From positions 1 to 64,000 of the forward strand of contig QPGO01000034.1 of NCBI GenBank assembly GCA_008632985.1: a stretch of 64,000 nt of DNA, given 5' to 3'. Numbering within the stretch: position 1 is the stretch's first letter; every line of letters starts with the position of its first letter. The stretch is from Psammoneis japonica. Taxonomy: Eukaryota. This document shows positions 34,520 through 47,627 of this stretch, piece by piece. Both the position numbers and the translations under genes were made by a program. The notes below the pieces were generated by a model. It worked only from the letters and a program-made list of their open reading frames with translations. It searched no databases and was not told the DNA's origin.

Positions 34520-37500
34520 GCCTTGCTGATTCGTTGCTTGCCAAAAAAGAAGCACCACCTTGACCTTCACTGTGTTTGTCACACAGAACGATGACACTGC
34601 CCTTGTTGGAACTCAACAACACAAGGCTTCAAGGATCAATGCGACGTGTCCGATGTGGCAACCAGTGCGATGAGAAATGAAGTCTGCTTTGAGCAGTGCA
34701 ATTCAGCACTGACACCCTGAGAAACCCCTGTGAGATGACAGAACCTCGGCAATGTTTTGGGCAAAGTGCCTTGTGGTTTTGGCTGGCTGCAGTGTTGACA
34801 AACAGCAAAATGACTTGATTGCTTCACCACAAGAAAGTGATTGTGCTGATGCTGTTTGTTGGAACGTCAGGACATTTTTGAGAAAAAGCTGGCAGCAGGC
34901 CTTTTGTGGGCAACAGGTTGAGAAAGGTGGCAGCTTGCCGAGCAGTGCAACAAATCATTTGATCTCAGCAGCAATGTGTTGTTGATTCTTGATGCCAGCC
35001 AGGTGAAAAAAGCAAATGCTCCCCCAGCAGCTGCACCTCCCAGTGGCAGCAGCAAGCGGTCTGCCTCTTTTTCGGGGTTTTTCTCTGGTTGCTGGTGGTT
35101 GGGTGCCAAGTGCCAAAAAACAAGAGGCAGCCTCTTGTGCTCCCCTTGGTGCCTGTGCAGACCAAGCTGTTCTTTCATCCTGTTTTTGCACCTTGATGAA
35201 GTGCTTCTTTTGTGCAAACCAGCAATGTGCCAAGGTCTTTGCTGCTGCTGCTGCTGCTGCTGCTTTTGACTGAGGCATTTTGCCAAGAGAGCAAAGGCTG
35301 TGCTGTGTGGGGCTGGGCAAGCAGCACTGAGACAAAAAATCTCTGCTGCACCTCATCTGCTGCCAGGGAGGCACAGCACTCTGTGCCACAGCTGCTGCCA
35401 GGTGGCAGCTCTTGATGCTTAAAAAAAGAGGGAGCCAGCCCCACACACACACACACAAATATGATGCTCCTTGGGCCACCCGTGCCAAGTGTGGCAACCA
35501 CTGGTGTTTGTGACATCTCAAAGACCCAGGTGCAGATGGAGTTGCAAAGGTTTCACAAAAGCAGCATCATTCATGGCAAAGCACACAGCAAATGCATCAA
35601 AGCACTTTTTTCTCATGGTGTTGCCCCCACACTGGAGAGCTTTTTGTTCTGCCTTGTTTGGCTGTGCTGTGTGGCAAAGAAGAAGCATTGCTGAGCAGAA
35701 ATCCAAAAAGCAAAAAACAAAAGGTGGGGCTCACTTTGCTTCTTGAGCACACATGAAAAATTGGATCCCAAAGAACAAACAACCAGCCCCAGCAGTGAGA
35801 CATGCACCAGTTTGCCCCCAGCCAGACTGCTGCAGAGTTGACAACACTGCCTGTGTGGCTGCATGCCACAAAACATGTCCAGACACAATGCATTTTTGGC
35901 AGAGAGGACACCATGCTTGGATGTAGGTTGCAAATGATGTTGACTGCAATGCATGTCCAAATGTGGCAAACAAAGATTGTTTGCTCATCCTGTTGGAGTG
36001 AGAAGTGTCTCTGCTTCTGGGGCTCAGACTTGTGAAATCACAAGTGTCCTGCAAAATGATGAAGCACATTGTGATTGGTGTCCTCATGGTCAACAATTGC
36101 CCTGGAATGGTGAGCCAGCCCCTTTTGTTGGTTCTCTGCTCTTTCCCTTGGCTTTGCCAATCTTGTCTTTTTTCAAGGTGTCCAGAACATTCTTGTTCTC
36201 ATTGTTCTTGTTCCTTTTTTTGCTGGTCACACCAAATCCATTGGCCAGATTGTTTTCAGCACTGTTTCTGCCTGAATCTGTCTTGTCAAGATCCTGGGTC
36301 ATGGATTCATGCTGGCTGGATCTGCCACCTGCTGTTGGTGGCTTTGCAGCTTCCAGACATGTGTGCTCTTTGTGTTCCAATGCACTCTTGCAACAATGAC
36401 TCAGGTTGTCAACTGGGGCACTCTTGTTGCCCATCATGCTCATGATCTGATTTAGAGTCTCAAAATGATTGGCTGCAACCCTTGGCTGCAATGGCTTGGT
36501 AAAGCAGTCAGCAAGCATGGCATTGGTTGGGCAATGCCCAGCTGCCAAATTGCCCTTCAGAACATGGTTGGCCACAAAAAATGTGGTGACTTGCTTGGTC
36601 CTCTTGCTGCTCAACCATTCTTTGCCAACAAAATGGAGCTCTCATTGTCCTGGCATGTTCTCCTTGATCTTGAATCCTTGTGCTTCCACAAAGTTTCTGG
36701 TGGTCCAGTTTGCTGTGCACGACCCTGACAGGCTCACTTTCAGCAGAGCTGTGCATGTTGCAACTTCTGCTTGGGCAAAGTGCTGCTGATGGCACCCCCC
36801 TCCAGCATTGCTGCGAGTGTCCAGTGTGACCTCTCATGTTGGGCTGTGCTGCACATGCTGAGGCATCAATCTGCCGTCCAACAATCAATTTTGTTCAGGA
36901 ACAAGATGCCTGGTGAGATGACACAAATCCTCTGCCTCAAATGCCTGATGATTTTGTGGAAAATCTGTTCATGTGGAGTGTGAGTGGCAGACCCTTTGTA
37001 AACTGTGGAAGGTGCTTTCTGACTCCCACGCAAGTTTCTTCCGGCTGTCAGACCCAGAGTCACAGATCTGGGTGAATGAGAACAAGAATCTTTTTGCAGT
37101 CTGCAGGTTGGCCTGGTCCTCTGTGACAGGAATGTCATCTTTGCCACAGTCAAGTGGAAAGTTGCCTGGTTGTCATGTTGCCCAGTGTTCCCAGGCTTTC
37201 CTCCTTGCTCATGCCAAACAAACAATTTGCTGCAGGAGCAGGGCTCTCCCTGGACTCTCCCCATCCATTCCTTCCAGCAGTGAGCCAAGGAGTTTGTTTG
37301 TGCATTGGAACATGCTCACTTTGACCCTCCCCTTTGCACTGCAGTTGATGGGCTGGTCAGGCCAAAATGTTCTTGGATGCCTTCTCAGGCAGTGGCAAGC
37401 CCAAAGTGTTTTGCGCATCCCAGCTTGAGGTCTCCAATCAGCTTGATGACTGCATTGTCAGGATCCATCATGCACAATGGCCTTGGGTCATCCACATGCC

Positions 37501-40500
37501 ACAGGATGAAGCATTGTTTCCCACTGTTGATTTTGTTTGCCACACACGTGGCCCTGGCTTTTTCTTCTTTCATGCTGACAATGCTCCTGTCACCATGCTG
37601 CGCAGTGCTTTCTGGAGCTTTGCATGTGGCACCTCTTTTCTGTTCTCACAGACCACACATCTTGTTCCGGCACAGGCTGCATGCCTGGTGCACTCATCAC
37701 ATTTCTTGTCAATGTCCTTTTTGATGTCAGCATTGCCAGCTTGGCTCTTGTTGTCTGGCTTGTCATTGTGGGGGTCATGTTGGCACAGGCTGTCACCTGA
37801 TCCCTGGCATCATCCTTGATTTGGTCCTGTGCATCTGCTGCATCCTGCTTTGTTCCTGTGCTTGTGGCTGCATTGTGCCCCACTCCCACTGTTCTTGCCA
37901 GTGGGGTTCTTGGTCCACTCCTGTGGTTTGAGAGTCATTGTTGGCTGTGCCGGTGTCAATTGCTCTCACATTGAGGCCATCTTGGGAGGTGTCATCCATG
38001 TTCATGTCCAGGGGGGTCTTGTCATCCAAGTGAAGGTGTTCAGCGGGAGTGTTTTGGGTTTCTGCTTGCTCAATGTCTGAGCAAGTTGCAAGCAAAAATG
38101 CCATCACCACAGTGCCAGAGTCTGCAACAGGAGGTCATGGTGGTCACTGTCATCATTGTCAAGAGGTTTTGGAGCTCACATCCTCCTCCCAATTGTTTTG
38201 AGACTTTGCACCCTTGTTGATTGACCCCCACTCTGATCCTAGAAGCTGTTCCCTTTTGGCACCTTTTTGTGCCTGCAATGTGGTGCACCTGGTCAGTTGT
38301 GACATCAGACAATGGGTGGTGGTGCTGTCTAAGCATCATCCTGTTGCAAAGCTTGCAAAGCCACAGAGTGATGGCACCAATCACCAACGGCACTGCTGGC
38401 TGCACTTTTGTCATGGTCCTTGTGTGTCTGTGTGCCTTGCCCCAATTTCATCATGGACAGTGCTTGTTGCAGTCAACCTCAAGACCAGTTGCAACCACTG
38501 ATGGACTGTGCTGACTGGAGATGCCTTCCTTTGCCACAAACCAGTTCAGCCAGAACATGGCTCTCTGCACTTTTTTGATGACCAGCTGGTGTGAGAAATT
38601 GTCTCTTGCCAAAAAATGAGCACCTTGACCTTTGCTGTGTTTGACAGAACCACGGCAATGTTTTGGGCAAAGTGCCTTGTGGTTTTGGCCAGCGGCAGTC
38701 TTGACAAACAGCAACATGACTTTTCAGTGCTTTCCAACACAAGACTGTGATTGTGTTGATGCTGTTTGTTGGAATGTCAGGACAGCATTGACAAAAAGCT
38801 GGTGGCAGGCCTTGTGGAGAACAACAGGTTGAGAAAGGTGGCAGCTTGCTGAGCAGTGCAACAAATCATTTGATCTCAGCAGCAATGTGTTGTTGATTCT
38901 TGATGCCAGCCAGGTGAAAGAAGCAAGTGCCCCCCCCCTCCCCTCAGCGGCTGCACCTCCCAGTGACAGCAGTGGATGGTCCACCCATTTTGCAAGGTTT
39001 TTCTCTGGTTGCTGGTGGTTGGGTGCCAAGTGCCAAAAAACAAGAGGTGGCCTCTTGTGATCCCCTTTGGCACCTGTGCAGACCAGCTGTTCTTTTGTCC
39101 CTTTTTGCACCTTGACAAAGTGCTCTTTTGCAGACCAGCACTGTCAAGGTCTTTGCTGCTGCTGCTTTTGGCTGAGGCATTTTGTCAAGAGCAAAGGTTG
39201 TGCTGTGGGGGCTGGGCAAGCAGCACTGAGACAAAAAACATCTGCTGTCGTGCCTCATCTGCTGCCAGGGAGGCACTGCACTCTGTGCCACAGCTGCTGC
39301 CAGGCCGCCAGGCAGCTCCTTGGGCCACCCAGCACACTTGTTGTTGAGCCATTTTGTTGACCACAGGTGCTGGCACTGCCAAGAGTGGCAACCACCAGCA
39401 AGTGAAATCTCAAAGACCCAGGTGCAGATGGAGCTGCAAAGGTTTCAAAGAAAAGCAGCACCATGGCACAATGCACAGCAAATGCATCAAAGCACTCTTT
39501 TCTCATGGTGTTGCCTCCACCCAGCCACAGAACTTCTTGTTGTGACTTGTTGGGCTGTGCTGTGTGGCAAAGTAGAAGCATTGCCAGGCAGAAAACAAAT
39601 GATGGGGGCTTGCTCTGCTTCTTGAGCATGGGTGGAAAATTGGATGACAAAAAAACAGCCAGCCCAGGAGTGAGGCATGCACCATTTTGCCCAGCCAGAC
39701 TGCTGCACAGTCAACAATGCTGCCTGTGTGGCTGCTCACCACAAAACCTGTCCAGATGCAATGCATCTGTGGCACAGAGGGCCTCATGCTTGGATGCTGG
39801 TTGGAAACAATGTTGACCGTGCAATGCATGTCCAAATGTGGCAAACAAAGATTGTTCGCTCATCCTGTTGGAGCAACTCCTCTGCTTCTGGGGCTTGGAT
39901 TTGTAAAATCACAAGTGTCCCATAAAAAGATGCAGAACACATTGCAATGCATGGGTGTCAGGGTCAACAATGATTGCCCCAAAATGAGCCAGCCTCCTTT
40001 GTTGGTTCTTTGCTCTTTCCCTTTGCCCATCTTGTCTTTCTTCCTGGCATCCGGAACACTTTTGTTCTCGTTGTTCTTTTTTTTCTTGGTGGGCACAACT
40101 CCATGGGGGGCACACCATCTTCAGCACTGTTTCCTCCTGAGTCTGCAGCAACATGACTTTTCAGTGCTTTCCAACACAAGACTGTGATTGTGTTGTGATG
40201 CTGTTTGTTGGAATGTCAGGACAGCATTGACAAAAAGCTGGTGGCAGGCCTTTTGTGGGCAACAGGTTGAGAAAGGTGGCAGCTTGCCAAGCAGTGCAAC
40301 AAATCATTTGATCTCAGCAGCAATGTGTTGTTGATTCTTGATGCCAGCCAGGTGAAAAAAGCAAATGCTCCCCCCAGCAGCTGCACCTCCCAGTGGCAGC
40401 AGCAAGCGGTCTGCCTCTTTTTTGGGGTTTTTCTCTGGTTGCTGGTGGTTGGGTGCCAAGTGCCAAAAAACAAGAGGCAGCCTCTTGTGCTCCCCTTGGT

Positions 40501-43500
40501 GCCTGTGCAGACCAAGCTGTTCTTTCATCCTGTTTTTGCACCTTGATGAAGTGCTTCTTTTGTGCAAACCAGCAATGTGTCAAGGTCTTTGCTGCTGCTG
40601 CTGCTTTTGGCTGAGGCATTTTGCCAAGAGAGCAAAGGCTGTGCTGTGTGGGTCTGGGCAAGCAGCACTGAGACAAAAAATCTCTGCTGCACCTCATCTG
40701 CTGCCAGGGAGGCACAGCACTCTGTGCCAAAGCTGCTGCCAGGTGGCAGCTCTTGATGCTTAACAAAAGAGGGAGCCAGCCCCACACACACACACAAACA
40801 TGATGCTCCTTGGGCCACCCGTGCCAAGTGTGGCAACCACTGGTGTTTGTGACATCTCAAAGACCCATGTGCAGATGGAGTTGCAAAGGTTTCACAAAAG
40901 CAGCATCATTCATGGCAAAGCACACAGCAAATGCATCAAAGCACTTTTTTCTCATGGTGTTGCCCCCACACTGGAGAGCTTTTTGTTCTGCCTTGTTTGG
41001 CTGTGCTGTGTGGCAAAGAAGAAGCATTGCTGAGCAGAAATCCAAAAAGCAAAAAACAAAAGGTGGGGGCTCACTTTGCTTCTTGAGCACACATGAAAAA
41101 TTGGATCCCAAAGAACAAACAACCAGCCCCCAGCAGTGAGACATGCACCAGTTTGCCCCCAGCCAGACTGCTGCAGAGTTGACAACACTGCCTGTGTGGC
41201 TGCATGCCACAAAACATGTCCAGACACAATGCATTTTTGGCAGAGAGGACACCATGCTTGGGTGTGGGTTGCAAATGATGTTGACTGCAATGCATGTCCA
41301 AATGTGGCAAACAAAGATTGTTTGCTCATCCTGTTGGAGTGAGAAGTGTCTCTGCTTCTGGGGCTCAGACTTGTGAAATCACAAGTGTCCTGCAAAATGA
41401 TGAAGCACATTGTGATTGGTGTCCTCGTGGTCAACAATTGCCCTGGAATGGTGAGCCAGCCCCTTTTGTTGGTTCTCTGCTCTTTCCCTTGGCTTTGCCA
41501 ATCTTGTCTTTTTTCAAGGTGTCCAGAACATTCTTGTTCTCATTGTTCTTGTTCCTTTTTTTGCTGGTCACATGAATCCATTGGCCAGATTGTTTTCAGC
41601 ACTGTTTCTGCCTAAATCTGTCTTGTCAAGATCCTGGGTCATGGATTCATGCTGGCTGGATCTGCCACACCTGCTGATGGCAGCTTTGCAGCTTCCAGGC
41701 ATGTGTGCTCTTTGTGCTCCAACACACTCTTTTCTTGCAACAATGACTCAGGTTGTTGACTGGGGTGGCATTCTTGTTGCCCATGCTCATGATCTGGTTC
41801 AGAGTCTCAATGATTGGCTGCAACCCTTGGCTGCTGCAATGGCTTGGTGCAGCAGCAGTCAGCAAGCACGGCATTGGCTGGGCAATGCCCAACCACAAAA
41901 TCGCCAGAAATGCTGTGACATGTTTGGTCCTCTTGCTGCTCAACCATTCTTTGCCAACAAAATGGAGCTCTCATTGTCCTGGCATGGCATGTTCTTCTTG
42001 ATTTTGAATCCTTCCTTGGGCTTCCACGAAGTTTCTGGTTCAGCAGCAGAGTGGGGCAGGCAGTCCACTGTGCATCCCAACTGGCTCCTCACTTTCAGAC
42101 AAGTTCAACTTCTGCTTGGAGGCAAAGTGCTGCTGGGTGCACACATGCGCCTCACATTGCTGCCAGTCCAGTGTGAACTCCAATGTTGGGGTGTGCCATG
42201 CATGCAGAGGCATCAATCCACCATCAAACAATCAATTTTGTTCAGGAACAAGAGGTGTGGGGAGACATCCTCCACCTCAAACACCCAATGATCATGGAAA
42301 ATCTACTCATGTGGAGTGTGAGTGGCAGACCCTTTGTGGATTGCAGCAGTCACTTTCTGACTCATGCAAGACTTTCTTCCAGCTGTCAGACCCAGAGTCT
42401 TGGACAATCAGGGTGCACAAGAGCAAGATTGTTGCAGTCTGCAGGTCAGGCCAGGGACAGCATTTTTGCCACAGTCAAGTTGAAAGTTGTTGCCTGGTCA
42501 TGTCCAGTGTTCCCAGGCTTTTCTCCTCACTCATGTCAAACAAACAATTTGCTGCCAGAGCAGGGCTCTCCCTGGACTCTCTCCATCTGCTCCATCTGTG
42601 GAATGTGCTCATTTTGACCTCCCCCCTTTGCACTGGCTGCAGTTGGTGGGCTGGTCATGCCAAGACATTTTTGGATGTCTCCTCAGGTGGTGGCAAGTCC
42701 AAGAAAGTGTTTTGCATGTTTCAGCTTGAGGTCTTTAATCAGCTTGATGACTGCATCATTGGGACCCATGCACAATTGCTTCAGGTCATCCACATGCCAC
42801 AGGATCATGGTGCATTGTTTCCCAACAACAAGCTTGTTTGCCACACACATGTCATGTGGATTCTGCTCAAAGTCCCCTGGCTTTTCCTTCTTCCATGCTC
42901 CTGAGACAATGCCCCTGTCACCACACTGCTGCTGGAGCTTTGCATGTGGTTTTTTCTGTTCTCACAGACCACACACATTGTGCATTTATCATGAATGAGC
43001 AGAAGGAGCACTTTGATTGTGACTCCTTCCAGTGGGAGAAACATGTCACCTTCCAGGTTACTCTGCATGAAAAATCCTGGCATGTCTGCTGCTGCTTTTT
43101 TTCTTCATGCACATCAACAACAACACTTGACAGCAGAGTTGACTCAGTGCACACAGCAGGGATGTGTGTGTCCTCCTTGAGATGGCACGCATCTTCCATG
43201 GGCATCTGTCTGCACATCCTTGTCCCTTGATGTGGCTGCATCACTTTTGTTTGAGGAACACAAGGTGCTGCAGCAGCGCCCTTTTCTTTTTGGTGGTTGT
43301 CATTGTGCTGGTGCTCATGACTTTCAGTGCTTCCATGATCAATGTTGAGCAAGTTGAAGTGCAGGCAGTCACAAGTTCTTGCACTGGCTTCTTCTGGCAC
43401 TGGCTGCACACCTGGTGCACTCATCATGTTTCTGTCCAAGTCCGTTTTGATGTCAGCATTGCCAGCTTGGCTCTTGTTGTCTGTTTGTCATTGTGGGTCA

Positions 43501-46500
43501 TGTTGGCATGGGCTGTCACCTGATCCCTGGCATCAACCTTGATTTGGTCCTGTGCATCTGCTGCACTCTGCTTCACTCCTGTGCTTGTGGCTGCATTGTG
43601 GCCCACTCCTGCTGTTTTGCCAGTGGGGTTCTTGGTCCACTTCTGTGGTTTGAGAGAGTCATTGTTGGCTGCACTGGGGTCAATTGCTCTCCTGTGGTTT
43701 GAGAGTCATTGTCAGCTGTGCCAGGGTCAATTGCTCCCACATTGAGGCCATTTTGGGAGGTGCCATCCATGTGTCATCAAGGCTGTTGTCATCCAAGTGA
43801 AGGTGTTCAGTGGGAGTGTCTTGGGTTTCTGCTTGCTCAATGTCTGAGCAAGCCCCAAACAGAAATGTCATCATCAGCACCACAATCTTCAACAGGAGGT
43901 TGTCTGCAGTGGTCACTGTCATCAACATTGTTGTTGGGAGGTTTGGAGCTCAAATCCTCCTGCATCTTTGGTGGACTTCCACTCTGATCCTGAAAGCTGG
44001 TGCCTTTTGGTGCCTGCAATGTGGTGCACCTGGTGCTGTCCAAGCATCATCTTGTTGTAAAGCTCACAAAGCCACAGAATGATGGCACCAATCTCCAGCT
44101 GCACCACTGGCCACACTGTTGTCATGGTCCTTTTCCTTTGTGTCCATGTGAGTTGCCCAAATTCCAGTGGGGCGGTGTTTGTTGCAGTCAACCTCAAGAC
44201 AGGTTGCAATCACTCATGGGCTGTGCTGACTGCAGATGCCTTTCTTTGCCACAAAGCAGTTTGCCAACCCCAGAACACAGCTCCAAGCACCATCTTGATG
44301 ACCAGCCAGTGTGGGAAGGGGTGGTTGGTGAGCTCCTTGTTGCAGCCAATTTCCATGAATTGTCTTGCACTTTGCCTGCCAGCAACAGTCTTCTGCATCA
44401 TCATTCTCACAAGCTGCACCTGCTCAAAGGCTTGGGCTGAATGCATGGCTTTGTTCTCAGCAAACGCATCCACCAGGGCACAATTGCTGAGCCCAGTTGT
44501 TGACCCAGCCCAGTGTCACAGCAGCACAGTCCCATTGGCAGCTGTTTGAATTCTCTGGTGCACAATGAATGCATTTGACTTCCAGCTGACATCTGTTGTG
44601 TGTTGCTTTTCTCCTTGACCTTTGCCAGAGATGGAAGTGTCAACATTGGCAACTCTTTTGGGGTGGTGGCACACCACACTCACCCACATCCTGTCAAAGT
44701 GCATTGAAGGTTGGCACTGGCAGTGACACCCACTGCAGCATGGATGTTGAGCCACCAGTTTGACTCATGGATGTCCTTCAACATTTCCCTGTAGAGAAAT
44801 GCATTGCACGTGGGCTGATTGTTGAGTTTAAGCCCACCGTGCTGTTGGGCTGTTTGTGCCAAAAATGCAGCATCATGCCCATGGTTGACTGACCCACATG
44901 CTTTGGTCATTGTGCAGAGTTGGAGCCCACCAATGTTCTTTGTTTTGTTCAACCCACCATTCTCAATTGCTTGTGGTGTGAAGATTGCAGTTGCCTGCTG
45001 AGATTGTTCTCCAACAGCAGCACTCACATGTTCCTGTTCAGCTGACTGCTCATCTGGAGAAATGTTGTTCTCAGGGCAATCGGAGGCACAATGCCCCTTC
45101 TTTTTCCACACTTGAAGCATGCAATGTGCTCTGCAGATCATCCATCTCCATTCTTGCTTGGGTTGCCACTGACAATCACTGCACCATCATTGCCCGCTGG
45201 TGCTGAGCATGGCATCTTGGACTGTTTGTGCCATTTGGATCACATGTTTTGGGGGTGTCCATCATCTCCCATCAGGTGGCCATTTGTTGGAGCTCCAATT
45301 GTTCTGAGTCATCACCTTTAGTCTGCTCCTGGGATGAAGACTGTGGCTGGACATTCTTCTCTGGCTTCTGCCCTGGTGATTTTGTGTTTGGTCACTGCCA
45401 TGACCAGATCTGGCACTGTAATTCCTTGTCAACACAGGCTCTCCTTTTGCAGCAGTGCCCCTCACAATGACCCTCCACTGCACTGACAAATGTCACAACA
45501 TCACCAGATGCTTGGAATTGCTTGTGTCAGGTCTGGGCTAAATCAAATTGTCCTTGGTGGGAGGTGGCACAGAAATTTTGCATTGACTTGTGGGTCACAT
45601 GTGCCACGTGCTTTTCATCCTCAATGTGCTGGTGGGCAATTGTTGACCTGGGACAATCTCTTCAACGGCTCAATTGTCTTGGCTGAAACCCTTCACAGTG
45701 TCCACACAGTCATCACTGACCTCAACTGCTGGTCTCATGGTGTTGCTGCGCTGGCTTCAAATCCACATGCTAGCTTCCTTTGTGTTCTGCTTGCACTTTG
45801 CCTTTGCTCCAACCTTGTGCAGCTCTTGATTTCTTCTGTGACCCCACATCATTTCATCAGTTTCATCTGTGTCTCCACTTGCACCATTTGTTGGGGCTGT
45901 GTGCTCTTCTTCATTGCAGCCCACAGTTGCATGATTGTCACCTTCACACAGCCACCTGAGTCATTGAAATGATGCTGTCCTGTGCAGCTGCTCTGTGGCG
46001 ATTTCTTGCGCACTGCCTCCACCCCATGAAGGCCTCAGATTGTTGCTGCTGCTCACTGCCAGTCTTGTCATGCACAAACTTGTGCAGTTCCTCTGCACAG
46101 CCCTTGACCTTGGTCTGATTCTTCTGTGCCCCCCTCTTGAATGTGCTCTTGTTCCTGAATGTCTTTTTGGCAAGCTGCCGCTGCTTCTTGCAATGCACCC
46201 AGCTTTTCAGCACTGTTGCTTTGTTGGGGGCTGGGCGGATGGCTGCCAATGTTCTCTCCCATCATGGTTGCAGTTTTTCTAAAACAACCATGTTGGAACA
46301 ACTTTCTCTGCTTCCAGGGCTTGGATTCACAAAATCACAAATGTCCCGCAAACAGACACAAGGCACTTGCGCTGATGCTGGGCTGCTGGTGGGTGCCAGA
46401 GCCAAAACAGTTTGCTTGCCTCTCTTTTCTGCCATTCCCCTTTGCCAATCTGGTCTTTCTTCCTGACATCCAGAACACTCTTGTTCTTGTTGTTCTTGTT

Positions 46501-46730
46501 TCTGTTCCCAACTGCAGCTCCATCGTTCGCAACATTTTAAAGCCGCTTCCTTCTGAACAATCCTGCTGCGTTCATTGTTTTGCAGCTTCCTCTCTCTGCG
46601 GCAGGCGCACGTGCTTCCCCCTCATTGTGTGGAGGCAGGTGAGGCAGCACGGTGCAGCGCAGAGATGTCCAGATGGCCTTTCACAGAGGACCACCCGGGC
46701 AAGTGAGACACCAAAGTTTCATTTGTGAGT
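34520..46730 (-). mobile_element. Cluster of heavily decayed Ty1/copia elements of a second family (LTR TGTTGG...CCAACA)
   Basis: RNase H SSKRTK..GHCPTNAMLADCFTKPLQ (about 36.5 kb, again about 41.9 kb), RT GKQCFILWHVDD (about 37.5 kb, again about 42.8 kb), protease LNNQPTCNAF, and Zn knuckle KKGHCASDCP (about 45.1 kb). LTR-like units at about 35992-36380, 39866-40176, 41332-41723 and 46291-46511. Confidence 0.85.
34840..41640. repeat. Three copies of a ~1.4-kb unit (about 34840-36260, 38745-40140 and 40185-41600)
   Basis: Each begins tgattgtg..gatgctgtttgttggaa.gtcaggac. Copies 1 and 3 are near-identical (they give matching ORF translations); copy 2 is more diverged. Confidence 0.88.
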
Positions 46731-46770
46731 GAGTGAGTGAGTGAGTGTGTGAATGAGTGAGTGACTGACT
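46724..46770 (+). repeat. Imperfect (GTGA)n microsatellite
   Basis: gtgagtgagtgagtgagtgagtgtgtgaatgagtgagtgactgact. Confidence 0.85.
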
Positions 46771-47343
46771 GTTGAGTTTGGTCACAGGCATGCATGAGTT
46801 TCTTGTTGCGGAGCACCCGGGTTGCAAGAGGAGTTTGCACGTGCACAACCTGCGATGATTTTACATCGATTTACACAGGAGTCATAAGACGAGTTCGTAC
46901 ACGGATCATCTGGGTTGCAGCAGGAGGTCTTTGTACGTGGGCCCTGTGAGTGAGTTTATGTTGTGATCCTTCATGCACGAACATCATGATGTGTGGCAAC
47001 AGCATTGGCACACACATCAACCGCTGGTCATTTGCATCTTCGTTTCTGTCTGTGTGACGCAATCTTTAAATGACCGTCTGTCACACATGACAAGTCATTG
47101 CCCTTTTGCACTGGTGTTGAGTTAGTTGGCATGCGCATGCGTGCATCTTGCGCAAGGTGGCACGGGTGCAAAAGTGGGCAAGATTCTGCGCATGCAGAGC
47201 TCAGCACATTTTCCACACAAATCGCCAAAGTCATCTCGCCAACTTGAACCCTCTCCTGGACAATGGAAACTTGGACATTTCAATCACATGGCTCATGGTT
47301 TTTTCTCAATGGCACGGTCGGGGTCAATCTCCTGTGCGTGTTG

Positions 47344-47627
47344 AGTCGAGATGCAGTCCTGCAGCTGGGCAGGCTGGGCAGGATGGATGAGACCTCGGAG
47401 GTTGGCAGCAATGTGGATGACAACAGAGCAAACAGACGCTTGGTTCAAAGTCGTTGTCTAAAAATTATGACGAAAGTCGTTGGTTCTGTTTTGAATCAGA
47501 TTGTGTGATGAGCTAAATGTTTTGAAGAAAAGAGCTGAGTCTGGGTTGTGGTCGTGAGATGCGACCAGAATGACGTTGAGTCGTGACTCTCCCTCTCAAC
47601 CGAGAGAGCTCACCAGCCCACAAGAGC
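47344..47627 (-). mobile_element. 3' fragment of the same copia family as 10014-17255 (pol end + PPT + 3' LTR 47344-47588)
   Basis: The reverse complement matches gctcttatgggctggtaagctctctcggttgagagggag-AGTCACGACTC...TCTCGACT, with substitutions and small indels. Confidence 0.92.

Noticed and set aside
37480..37520. WHVDD in the old copia RT as further Tyr>His evidence
   Set aside because: Some copia lineages appear to have WHVDD natively, so this site cannot be used to infer direction.
22495..47344. Large numbers of overlapping Cys/His-rich ORFs as real small proteins
   Set aside because: They are explained by loss of TAA/TAG and by CA/TG enrichment. They occur on all frames, and the recognisable pieces are TE remnants.
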